Positions 28,660-37,113 of a DNA stretch of 64,000 bases are shown piece by piece (the stretch's first letter is position 1; every line of letters starts with the position of its first letter). The position numbers were made by a program, and so were the translations under genes. The stretch is from an uncultured bacterium (GTDB taxonomy: Bacteria; Auribacterota; JAFGBW01), in contig CAYUET010000012.1 in assembly GCA_964443875.1 (NCBI GenBank), forward strand, positions 12,778 to 76,777. Direction: 5' to 3'. The notes beneath the pieces were generated by a model. It saw only the letters and a program-made list of their open reading frames with translations. It did no database searches and was not told where the DNA came from.

Positions 28660-29553
28660 ATGACTGAAACAGTCGTTTTACTTTTGCTTTTTCTTTCCCT
28701 CGCTTATTCCTTCTTTTTTTTATTTTCCAGAGTTGTCCTTGAAAATCCTCTCCGCCGGTTTCCAAAATCTTCCGGCGGCAAGCTCAGCGAAGAGGATCTT
28801 CAGAAAAGACTCCGGGAATATGAAGAAAATTTTATTTTTGTCACGCCGCAGAAGCTGAAATCCCGTCAGCAGAGTTATTCCATTCTTTTCGGGATGATCG
28901 GGCTTCCCGGTTTTTTCGGCGGAGCGGGGTCTGGTATTTTTTTATGTCTGATTCTGGCTCTTGCCGGATATTTTGTTCCGCTTTTAATGATCCGATCCGA
29001 GGTGGAAAAAAGGAGGAAAGCTTTTGCCTCACAGATTCTGGACATGCTGGAAACGGTTTCAAACGGTCTTAAGGCGGGGCTTTCCTTTTCACAGGCTCTG
29101 GAAGCCGCTGCAGAACAGACTCCAGATCCAATGGGGGAAGAACTTCATTATCTGCTTCGCCAGAACAGTCTGGGGGTGAATCTGGATGACGCGCTTGCCA
29201 AAATGGCGGACCGGATGAAAAATGATAATTTCAGCCTTGTGGTTTCTGCTGTAACGGTTACCCGTCAGCTTGGAGGTAACCTCCCTGAAATTTTTAAATC
29301 GATCGGAGAAACCCTCCGGGAGCGTGAAATGATGGAAGGAAAGATTATTGCTCTGACTTCCCAGGGCCGGATGCAGGCCGCTTTGATGGGCGCCATGCCT
29401 TTTCTGCTCATGATCGGAATTTATTTTCTGGATAAGAAAACCATCCTGCCTCTTTTTATAACCCCCATGGGGTGGGGGCTTCTGACGGGGATGGTTTTTT
29501 TGAATGCGGTGGGATTTATTGTGATCAAGAAAATTGTAGACATTGACATATAG
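28660..29553 (+). CDS. tadB: Tad inner-membrane platform protein TadB (T2SS-F domain)
   Basis: T2SSF-like helical domain with flanking TM segments. 297 aa. RBS AAGGAGGA. Confidence 0.75.
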   Translation: MTETVVLLLLFLSLAYSFFFLFSRVVLENPLRRFPKSSGGKLSEEDLQKRLREYEENFIFVTPQKLKSRQQSYSILFGMIGLPGFFGGAGSGIFLCLILALAGYFVPLLMIRSEVEKRRKAFASQILDMLETVSNGLKAGLSFSQALEAAAEQTPDPMGEELHYLLRQNSLGVNLDDALAKMADRMKNDNFSLVVSAVTVTRQLGGNLPEIFKSIGETLREREMMEGKIIALTSQGRMQAALMGAMPFLLMIGIYFLDKKTILPLFITPMGWGLLTGMVFLNAVGFIVIKKIVDIDI

Positions 29554-29562
29554 GGAGAGCCT

Positions 29563-30480
29563 TTGATGGGAGTTGTTTATCTTATTTATCTCATCGTCTT
29601 TTTTGCGGCGGGTATTGCCGGATATGCGTTTCTGATCTCATTTAAGGGCAGGAGACCGATGCCCTCCATTCACGGAGCCCCGCGGAATCCGCGGCATGAG
29701 TCCGTAAAATTTTTTTCAGACCGGGCTCAAAAAACATTCCCCTTCCTTTATAAAAATAAAAGGGTGGCGCCTATTTTCCGGAAACTTGAAAATCTTCTGG
29801 ATAAGGCCGGCCTTTCCAGTGAATATTCTCCTGAGGAATTTTTCACCTTTTCTCTTCTGGGATCCGCTTCCGGATTTATTCTTTCTGTGCTGAGCACCCT
29901 GGCCTTGTTTTATTCAGAAACTGTAGACGAGTTTGGTTTTTTACATGCGTTTATTATTATTGTTCTTTTTACCGGTTTCGGATATTTCGGCCCTTTCATC
30001 AAATTAAACGAGCTCATCAGCGCCCGAAGGAAGTCAATTTTAAGGGCTTTGCCGTTTACTCTCGACCTCATTACGGTTTCCGTGGAAGCAGGACTTGATT
30101 TTGGAAACGCGGTTCAGAGGATTATCGACCGGGGAGAGATGAATGAACTTCATTATGAATTTTATCTTTTTTTAAATGAAACCAAGCTCGGGAAACGGAA
30201 AATAGATGCCCTGGAGCGGATGGCGAAACGGATTGATATTCCCAGGGTGACTTCGATTTTAGGAAGCCTTATGCAGGCTGAAGAACTCGGTATGAGGATC
30301 GGACAGATTCTTAGAATCCAGTCCCAAAGCCTGAGGACACGGCGAATGCAGACAGCTGAAAAATCTGCTTTGGAGGCCCCGGTGAAAATGCTGATCCCTC
30401 TTGCCATTTTCATATTTCCCGCAGTATTTATTGTGCTTTTAGGGCCCATGATCATTCAATTCATGACCCGGGGAGGATAA
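29563..30480 (+). CDS. tadC: Tad inner-membrane platform protein TadC (T2SS-F domain)
   Basis: Second T2SSF-like protein directly after tadB. 305 aa. TM helices at both ends. Confidence 0.7.
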   Translation: MMGVVYLIYLIVFFAAGIAGYAFLISFKGRRPMPSIHGAPRNPRHESVKFFSDRAQKTFPFLYKNKRVAPIFRKLENLLDKAGLSSEYSPEEFFTFSLLGSASGFILSVLSTLALFYSETVDEFGFLHAFIIIVLFTGFGYFGPFIKLNELISARRKSILRALPFTLDLITVSVEAGLDFGNAVQRIIDRGEMNELHYEFYLFLNETKLGKRKIDALERMAKRIDIPRVTSILGSLMQAEELGMRIGQILRIQSQSLRTRRMQTAEKSALEAPVKMLIPLAIFIFPAVFIVLLGPMIIQFMTRGG

Positions 30481-30482
30481 AA

Positions 30483-30842
30483 ATGATTAAGGCAGCACTC
30501 ACAAACCGAAGTAAAAATGTCGTTGTATTGCCAAAGCTTCTGGTTACGGATACACTTATGGAAAAATGCAAAGGGCTTATTCCCTTTAAAGGGCTCTCTC
30601 CGGATGAGGGGCTTTTGATTCCCGGATGCAGAAGTATTCATACCTTTTTGATGCGGTTTTCCATTGATTGTTATTTTTTAGATGAGGAGAACAAAGTGCT
30701 TAAAATTGTAAGGAATGTGGAACCCTGCAGAATGTCTTTTGGCGCCTGGGGAACAGAACATGTGCTGGAGGTTTCTTCTGAAAGCGGTAAAACTCTGAAT
30801 ATAGATCTCAACGATCTGCTTGAAATCAAGGAGACGGAATGA
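30483..30842 (+). CDS. DUF192 (COG1430) domain protein
   Basis: 119 aa. The GLSPDEGLLIPGCRSIHTFLMRFSIDCYFLD...VLKIV pattern matches the DUF192 family. Confidence 0.55.
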   Translation: MIKAALTNRSKNVVVLPKLLVTDTLMEKCKGLIPFKGLSPDEGLLIPGCRSIHTFLMRFSIDCYFLDEENKVLKIVRNVEPCRMSFGAWGTEHVLEVSSESGKTLNIDLNDLLEIKETE

Positions 30843-31807
30843 AAACAGACATCAAATTTTTCCTGTTTCTGATTCAGTTGGTTATTCTCGGAGGGTGTCT
30901 GCCCTCGCTTAATCCGGATCCATGGAAACAATACGAGGAATCCCGGCATGGAATCCGGTTTGAACTTCCCGATTTGATGATCCGTACCACCAAAAAAAAC
31001 CTGTGGGGATTTAAGGAATGGAAAGATCCCCAGCTTCCCTTGACCTTTACTTTTAAGGCCGGATGGAATCAGGATCTGCGCTTTTTTCCGCTGGAAATGT
31101 GTCTGGACATGTATTTTTCCTCTTATAGGGCCAAATATCCCCGAAGTGCACTTTACGTGGATTCTATTATTCCTTTTATTCTCAGTTCAGGGATTCAGGC
31201 CATAGGGTTTAATGCCATTGACGGGGATACTCTTTTTCAGGGAATTTATACCGTCGAAAACAACCGCTATTATATGATTTTTCTCAAATATCCCAAAGAA
31301 ATGGCTGAGAAAAAAGAGGTGAAAGAGCTTTGGAGCCGTCTTAAAAAGACACTGAGTATTATCCGTCTGCCGGATCACCGAAAATATCTTAAACATCTTT
31401 TAAATGAAAAACAGGGGGAGAAAAAAGCCAATATCAAAGATATTCTTGACTATGGACAGCAGCTTATGTCGCTAAAGGAGGCCTACTCAAAGAATTATCC
31501 TCAGGCCATCATGGAATTCAGAAAGGCTTTGGGAATCATGGAAAACATGACGCCTAAACCTTCAGAGTTTCACAGGGCACTGCGTCTCATTTTTATAGCC
31601 CGAGAGCTGCAGAGAAAAGCCTATGAAAAACATTATACTCTGCTGACCGCCGCCGTTAAACTTTCTAAATGGGAAGAAGCCAGAAAGGAAGCGCTGATTC
31701 TGCTGGAACTTTTAAGTGATGACCGTGAAAATCCTCAGGCCAAGGCGGCCAGAGACAATTACCGGTTTGTCATGAAGTCTTTATCCAAGGCTCAAAAACA
31801 GGAATAA
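30839..31807 (+). CDS. hypothetical lipoprotein (lipobox LGGC)
   Basis: Signal peptide ending VILGGCLPS. Otherwise unrecognised, with a helical TPR-like C-terminus. Translationally coupled to both flanks. Confidence 0.45.
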   Translation: MKTDIKFFLFLIQLVILGGCLPSLNPDPWKQYEESRHGIRFELPDLMIRTTKKNLWGFKEWKDPQLPLTFTFKAGWNQDLRFFPLEMCLDMYFSSYRAKYPRSALYVDSIIPFILSSGIQAIGFNAIDGDTLFQGIYTVENNRYYMIFLKYPKEMAEKKEVKELWSRLKKTLSIIRLPDHRKYLKHLLNEKQGEKKANIKDILDYGQQLMSLKEAYSKNYPQAIMEFRKALGIMENMTPKPSEFHRALRLIFIARELQRKAYEKHYTLLTAAVKLSKWEEARKEALILLELLSDDRENPQAKAARDNYRFVMKSLSKAQKQE

Positions 31808-31812
31808 GAATC

Positions 31813-33567
31813 ATGTATGTAATTATTGTCAAAAATCAGTCCGGTTCTGAAGTTGTGAGATATGCAACAGGTTCATTAAGGGAAGCGGTTTCACTGGGAA
31901 AAAGTCCGGAGAATCCCATTGTCGTGAATGATCCTTCCATTTCTGAAAAACATTGCGCCTTTGAATTTGATGGAAAAAAAATTTCCATCCGGAATTTAAA
32001 AAGCCGCAATGGGATCATTTTAAACGGGGAAAGAATAAAAACGGAAAAAGCGGAGGTTACAGAAACAGATGAAGTCCGCATTGGAGATTTTTTGATTTCC
32101 TTTCTGTGGGAAGGAAGCTCGGAGGATCTTCTCCCGTCAAAGAAGAAAAGCCGGGAGACACTGTTCACCTGGATTCTCTCTTTTCTTCTTTTGACTTTTT
32201 TAGGATGGAACATCCGTCCTCTGCCTGAAAAGGAAATTTTTATTCCCCCTCTTGCCCCTCTTGAAGCGAAAAAATCCGATTCTGAAACTCCCGGAAAGAG
32301 CACCTGGCAAATCCTTCTTTCCAAAGCCAAGGATGCCTATTTTAACGATTCAATCCTTGAGGCGGCAAAGCTTTTTAAACAGGTGCTTGAGCAGCAGCCG
32401 CAGAATATGGGGGCGATGAATTTTCTTGAACAGATCCGGAAGGAAATGATTCCCAAATTGGAAGAAACCATTAAAACCACTATTGCAGAACGGAATATTG
32501 TGACTTGTGCAGCAACAGTGGAGGAACTGAAAATTCTTGATCCCGGCAATATCTGGATTGAAAAAGCCCAGGGGCTTCTGGAGGGATATAAGAAATTTGA
32601 TGAGGTCCGGAAGCTTTATGAATCGCATCATTTCAGAGAGGCTCAGAAAAAGATTCAAAATATAGTGCTGGTGGATGAAGAAACGCTGGAGGAATGGGTC
32701 GGCAAAGTCAATCATGAGGTTAAGGTCACAGAAAATTTTCGAGGAATCCTTACCCGTTACCGTTCAGGTCCTATTTCACAATCTTATAAAGAGCTTAAGC
32801 CATTCCTGGAAACTGAAACCGAACAGAAAGATCTTCTTTCACTGGCACGCCAGAAACTCCAGCTTGTGAAACGTTTCGCCGGGTTTAAAGAGCTGCAGAA
32901 ACAGGATCCCCTTAAACAGACTTCTTTCGGGGTTGCGCTGCTCTATGATCTTTCTGAAAAAGAAGATCCCTTCATTTATCATCAGGTCAATCAAAGACTT
33001 GAAGAGCTGACAAAACAATGCGGTCCTGGAACAGAATTCTATATTCTTCTCAATGAAGATACCGCCACTCAGCTGGATCAGGCCAGGGATTATAAAAAAA
33101 TTCATGAATACAAACAGTCTCTCAGCAATTACCGGAGTGCCCTGAATGGACTCAGAATTCTTTCTTTTTTTTCAAAAGATTCGAAATTCATAAAACAGGA
33201 AGGGGAGGTTTATCAGGAAATTCTCAGTTATCAGGCTTCCCTTAAGAAAAGAGTTGAAGAGCTTCACCAGATCAATGAATCTGACTTTGCCCGACAGTTA
33301 TCAGATCTTCTTGCCCGTTTTAGGGTTTATCCCAATAAAACGGTACTGGCAGCGACAGAGGAATTATATCAGGGAGAGGGGGATGACAAGGCGCTGATCC
33401 GGGAGATTTTCAGTACTGATGCCGGGACTTCTTTTCAGGCTGCTCCGGTGAACAAAGCAGAAAAAAAGACAGCCGAGGCTAATAACTCCACGAACGTTAA
33501 CAGAGCCACCCCCGACCTTTCTGTTTCTGCCGGAAATTTTTTCATTTCCCGGCCGGAAGAGACATGA
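31813..33567 (+). CDS. membrane-anchored FHA-domain protein with TPR-like periplasmic region
   Basis: N-terminal FHA domain (SLGKSPENPIVVNDPSISEKHCAFEFDGKKISIRNLKSRNGIILNGERI). A single TM helix (WILSFLLLTFLGW) and a long helical C-terminal region follow. Confidence 0.7.
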   Translation: MYVIIVKNQSGSEVVRYATGSLREAVSLGKSPENPIVVNDPSISEKHCAFEFDGKKISIRNLKSRNGIILNGERIKTEKAEVTETDEVRIGDFLISFLWEGSSEDLLPSKKKSRETLFTWILSFLLLTFLGWNIRPLPEKEIFIPPLAPLEAKKSDSETPGKSTWQILLSKAKDAYFNDSILEAAKLFKQVLEQQPQNMGAMNFLEQIRKEMIPKLEETIKTTIAERNIVTCAATVEELKILDPGNIWIEKAQGLLEGYKKFDEVRKLYESHHFREAQKKIQNIVLVDEETLEEWVGKVNHEVKVTENFRGILTRYRSGPISQSYKELKPFLETETEQKDLLSLARQKLQLVKRFAGFKELQKQDPLKQTSFGVALLYDLSEKEDPFIYHQVNQRLEELTKQCGPGTEFYILLNEDTATQLDQARDYKKIHEYKQSLSNYRSALNGLRILSFFSKDSKFIKQEGEVYQEILSYQASLKKRVEELHQINESDFARQLSDLLARFRVYPNKTVLAATEELYQGEGDDKALIREIFSTDAGTSFQAAPVNKAEKKTAEANNSTNVNRATPDLSVSAGNFFISRPEET

Positions 33568-35921
33568 GCTATCTGATTTCTGTTTTTTATTTTTTTATGC
33601 TGAGTTTGATTTCTTTTCAGGTTTTTGCGCTGGATACCCTTTTAGGGGATGAAGAGGAAGGCTTTTATCTCAACTGGCCTGAAAAGGAATGGGCCTTTGA
33701 AGCGGAAGAAAGAAAAGAAACCCGACAGACCATTTCACTCCTGAAAATTCAGCAGGAACCTTTTCCGGAAAGAGCCATTTTAACTGCAGAGCCTCGGCCT
33801 GAAGAGGGTTTTTCTGCTTTTTTTGATTTTTATCTGGAAAACGAAAAGAAACAAATTCCAGGAGCTGAAATTGAAATTCTGCCTCAAAGCATCAAAGGGG
33901 AATATGATAACCGGCTTTTTGTTCTTTATGACAGAAAACAGGAAGGCCATTCTTCTGCCTCGGTTATTCTTCTGATTCAGGGACAGCGTTTTTTATATGG
34001 TGTAAGAAGGAAAACGAATTCTTACTCCTCAGGCTTTATTAAAGATTCTGCCGCTTTTCTATTAAAAGGATGTATTCTTGATTCCAAACAGTTATTGCAA
34101 ATCAGAAAACAAAGAGCAGAGGTTGAAGAGGAAAAGATAAAAGAGATAAAAAGCGCGGAGAAGAAGGCCTTTGAATCGGATACAGAAGAGCTGCTTTCTC
34201 TTGTCCGGGATGAGGGAATTGAGGAAAAAGAAGAGCCGGTGGAGTTAACTGTTTATAAATTTAAAAAACAGAAAAAAGAAAAAAACGGGAAAAGTCTTTT
34301 AGAACAAAAAGCGGAAGACTTCTTCCCTCAGAAAGCGCTGAATGAAGAACGGACCCCTGTTGGGGAAACAGCCATCACTTCAGAAACAGAAAAATTATCC
34401 ATTATTTGGGAAGCTGCAGAAGACTGGACAATTTTTTCTGCTCCGGTTCAGAAAATGGAAAAAATGGGAGAAGGTGAGTCCGTAACAACAAAAAGCATCA
34501 AGGTTTATCATTCCCGGGAGAATGAGGATGACTGGACGGAAACCGGAGAAATGAAAATGTCAGGAGGTCCTTTGAAGGAGGGGGAATCTGCAGATAAATT
34601 TCTTGAAGAGTATATTCATAAGATTTTTCAGGATGAATTGAAAAATGACCTGCAGGCCTCTCTTGAGATCACGGAAGATCGGCTTGCGGAATCCGATGCT
34701 TCACGGATTTTTATCATTAGGGCGACAAAGGAAAAAGTGCCGAATATTCAGTTTTACCTGATTCTTTTCGGGAATAAGGGTTTTTATGAAATCAACAGGA
34801 AAAAACGTGGGGAAGAGGTTTTCTTCGTTTCCAGGAAAAAGTTCATTCATTTTTTAAAAAAAGCAAAACTCACTGATTCAGGATTGACGGGGAGGGATGC
34901 TCAAAAATCCGAGAATGAGGATATGGATGAAAACACAGAGGATTCGGAAAAATCAGACCAGGATGACACGGACTCCGGAGATGGGAAAGAGGGGAAGGAG
35001 GATTGGGATTCCAGCACAGACACGGATACTCTTACAGATATCATTACCGATACAGATACAGAGACCGGAACAGGAATAGAGACAGGGACAAAGACAGATA
35101 CCGATACAATAACAGATACGGAAACACTTACGGATACGGACACCCGGACAGGAACGGGAACCGGAAGCGGGACAGGAACGAAGAGGGATACGGATACAAA
35201 GACAGACACGGATACCCTTACGGATATCATAACCGATACAAATACAGAGACCGGAACAGGAATAGAGACAAGGACAAAGACAGATACGGAAACACTTACG
35301 GATACGGACACCCGGACAGGAACGGGAACCGGAAGCGGGACAGGAACGAAGAGGGATACGGATACAAAGACAGACACGGATACCCTTACGGATATCATAA
35401 CCGATACAAATACAGAGACCGGAACAGGAACGGGCACTTCTATTCATACTCAGACCAGAACAAATACAAAAACCGGAACGAGTACTTCAACATCGACAAA
35501 AATCATAACCAAAACCTCTACGGCTACAGAGACTGCAACGAATACTGGAACTAAAACTTCCACCAACACGCATACCCGTGTGGATACATCGACCAAGACC
35601 TCAACAGGCACGAGTACGGATATTACTGAAGAGGAATCAAATGCCATGGAGCAGCAGGAGCAGCAGGAGGAGGCTGATAAAACCAACAAAATGTTTGACG
35701 ATCAGAGGAGAACTCTGATTAAAAAGCATCTGGATAATATTTTGGAAACAAAAGAAGCTTATGAAGCTAAAAGCGGAAATAATGCAGCCTCTTCCCATCG
35801 GAATTATCGTATAAATGCAGAGGAACAGGATTGGGGACAGGCAAGGATCACAATCAATGATATTGAAAAACGCCGGAAGGAATTTAACGACTTAATGAAT
35901 AAGTCAGAGGAAGAGGAGTGA
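33564..35921 (+). CDS. secreted protein with ~200-aa Thr-Asp/Thr-Gly dipeptide tandem-repeat tract
   Basis: Signal peptide. N-terminal ~440-aa domain, then (TD/TG/TE/TK)n tract with 56-60-aa higher-order repeats, then a short acidic/coiled C-terminus. Coupled to the upstream FHA gene (ATGA overlap). Confidence 0.55.
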   Translation: MSYLISVFYFFMLSLISFQVFALDTLLGDEEEGFYLNWPEKEWAFEAEERKETRQTISLLKIQQEPFPERAILTAEPRPEEGFSAFFDFYLENEKKQIPGAEIEILPQSIKGEYDNRLFVLYDRKQEGHSSASVILLIQGQRFLYGVRRKTNSYSSGFIKDSAAFLLKGCILDSKQLLQIRKQRAEVEEEKIKEIKSAEKKAFESDTEELLSLVRDEGIEEKEEPVELTVYKFKKQKKEKNGKSLLEQKAEDFFPQKALNEERTPVGETAITSETEKLSIIWEAAEDWTIFSAPVQKMEKMGEGESVTTKSIKVYHSRENEDDWTETGEMKMSGGPLKEGESADKFLEEYIHKIFQDELKNDLQASLEITEDRLAESDASRIFIIRATKEKVPNIQFYLILFGNKGFYEINRKKRGEEVFFVSRKKFIHFLKKAKLTDSGLTGRDAQKSENEDMDENTEDSEKSDQDDTDSGDGKEGKEDWDSSTDTDTLTDIITDTDTETGTGIETGTKTDTDTITDTETLTDTDTRTGTGTGSGTGTKRDTDTKTDTDTLTDIITDTNTETGTGIETRTKTDTETLTDTDTRTGTGTGSGTGTKRDTDTKTDTDTLTDIITDTNTETGTGTGTSIHTQTRTNTKTGTSTSTSTKIITKTSTATETATNTGTKTSTNTHTRVDTSTKTSTGTSTDITEEESNAMEQQEQQEEADKTNKMFDDQRRTLIKKHLDNILETKEAYEAKSGNNAASSHRNYRINAEEQDWGQARITINDIEKRRKEFNDLMNKSEEEE
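35020..35420. repeat. near-perfect tandem duplication (~168-180 nt unit, ~2.3 copies) inside the TD-repeat gene
   Basis: The unit cttacggatatcataaccgatacaaatacagagaccggaacaggaatagagaca...gacacggatacc recurs at ~35027, ~35217 and ~35385 with only a few substitutions. Confidence 0.8.
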
Positions 35922-36280
35922 TTATAATGCAGGGAATTTTATTTTTGGTCTATGGAGCCATAGTGGGAATTTTTTCTTCCTTTATGGGGGTTGGGGGAGG
36001 TATTCTGATCATTCCTCTTCTGCTGATGCTTGGGTACACTCCTCAGAAAGTGGTTGGAACCTCCTTTATGGTGATTCTTTTAATATCTCTTTCAGCCCTT
36101 TTGGCTCACAATAAATTGGGGCATATTGACTATAAAATAGGAGCTCTCCTCGGGATCGGAGGCATCCTGGGAGCCCAGTTTGGAGCAGTGCTGGTTAAAG
36201 ATATTTCTCCGGAGGTTTTTAAAAAGATTTTTGCAGTATTTCTTGTCGTGATGGGGATCTACCTGTTTGTGAAAAAATAG
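35918..36280 (+). CDS. half-size TauE/SafE (DUF81) family membrane protein
   Basis: 120 aa with 4 TM helices. MGVGGGILIIPLLL and GILGAQFGAVL motifs are typical of one half of TauE/SafE sulfite-exporter-family proteins. Coupled to the upstream gene. Confidence 0.5.
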   Translation: MIIMQGILFLVYGAIVGIFSSFMGVGGGILIIPLLLMLGYTPQKVVGTSFMVILLISLSALLAHNKLGHIDYKIGALLGIGGILGAQFGAVLVKDISPEVFKKIFAVFLVVMGIYLFVKK

Positions 36281-36327
36281 GAACTTCTTTTAATTCTCTG
36301 AAGTCAATCCGTTTTTCTTTCAGTCTT

Positions 36328-37110
36328 TCAGAGCGCAAATTTTTTACGGGATTTCTGCTGAAGTAATTCCATGAATGGTTCGAGACTTTTTAAAGCAAAA
36401 TCCTTTTTATAAATGAGATTTAAAAAATTCTGGAACGCCGAAACTTCAGAACGGCTGAAGAAATGGCCTAATCCCTTTTCAAGACAATACTCATCATTCC
36501 AGTTTTCAAGAATTCGCCTGTGATCCGGCAAAAGGACAAAGGGACTTTCAACCGCTGTTTTTTTAAAGCATTTTGGACATGCAAAAGACCATTCCTGGGG
36601 GCTGGCGTAGGCAGGGCTGTCGCTGCCGATAGGAACTCCGCAATATTCACACAGAAATTCCTGAGAGGCCAGTCCTGCTTTCAGAAGGAGCTGGAACTGG
36701 AAATAAAGCAGGGAGTTATACTGAGCCTGTCCTGAACTCAGAGCCTCGAATATTTTTTTTAACATAAGGAATATACCCGGGGCATGATCGGAATAATCGG
36801 TTTCCATTTTCAGCAGGAGTTCCAGAATAAAGGAAACATGGATCAGGGCTTCATAGCCTTCCAGAGGATAGATTTTATTTACACAGACTTCCTGTATCCG
36901 GTAGGTTTGCTCATGTTTTATCAAAAGCAGTTCGAGTTCATGACCCAGGTCGAACTGTGCCGGATAGAGGGATTTTGGCTGATAGAAACCTTTTTGGTAA
37001 AAACAGATTTTCCCGGCATCTCTGGAAAAAAGATCAAGCCGTGCAGACTGTTTTCCCATGTTTTTTTTCTGAAGACAGAAGGCGAATGTTTTAAGGTAGT
37101 CGTTCTGCAT
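36328..37110 (-). CDS. recO: DNA repair protein RecO-like
   Basis: 260 aa. N-terminal OB-like region, a central helical region and a C-terminal C4 zinc finger (CEYCG...CPKC), as in RecO. Immediately downstream of priA. Confidence 0.45.
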   Translation of the reverse strand: MQNDYLKTFAFCLQKKNMGKQSARLDLFSRDAGKICFYQKGFYQPKSLYPAQFDLGHELELLLIKHEQTYRIQEVCVNKIYPLEGYEALIHVSFILELLLKMETDYSDHAPGIFLMLKKIFEALSSGQAQYNSLLYFQFQLLLKAGLASQEFLCEYCGVPIGSDSPAYASPQEWSFACPKCFKKTAVESPFVLLPDHRRILENWNDEYCLEKGLGHFFSRSEVSAFQNFLNLIYKKDFALKSLEPFMELLQQKSRKKFAL

Positions 37111-37113
37111 GGC

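Noticed and set aside
34901-35554. Three long ORFs in other frames and strands across the TD-repeat tract (34901..35437 -, 34953..35447 -, 35003..35554 +), giving VSV/CIC/RYR-rich proteins
   Set aside because: They are frame-shifted readings of a low-complexity (ACN GAY)n tract that lies inside a well-supported + strand gene. They have no RBS or start context and are compositional artefacts.
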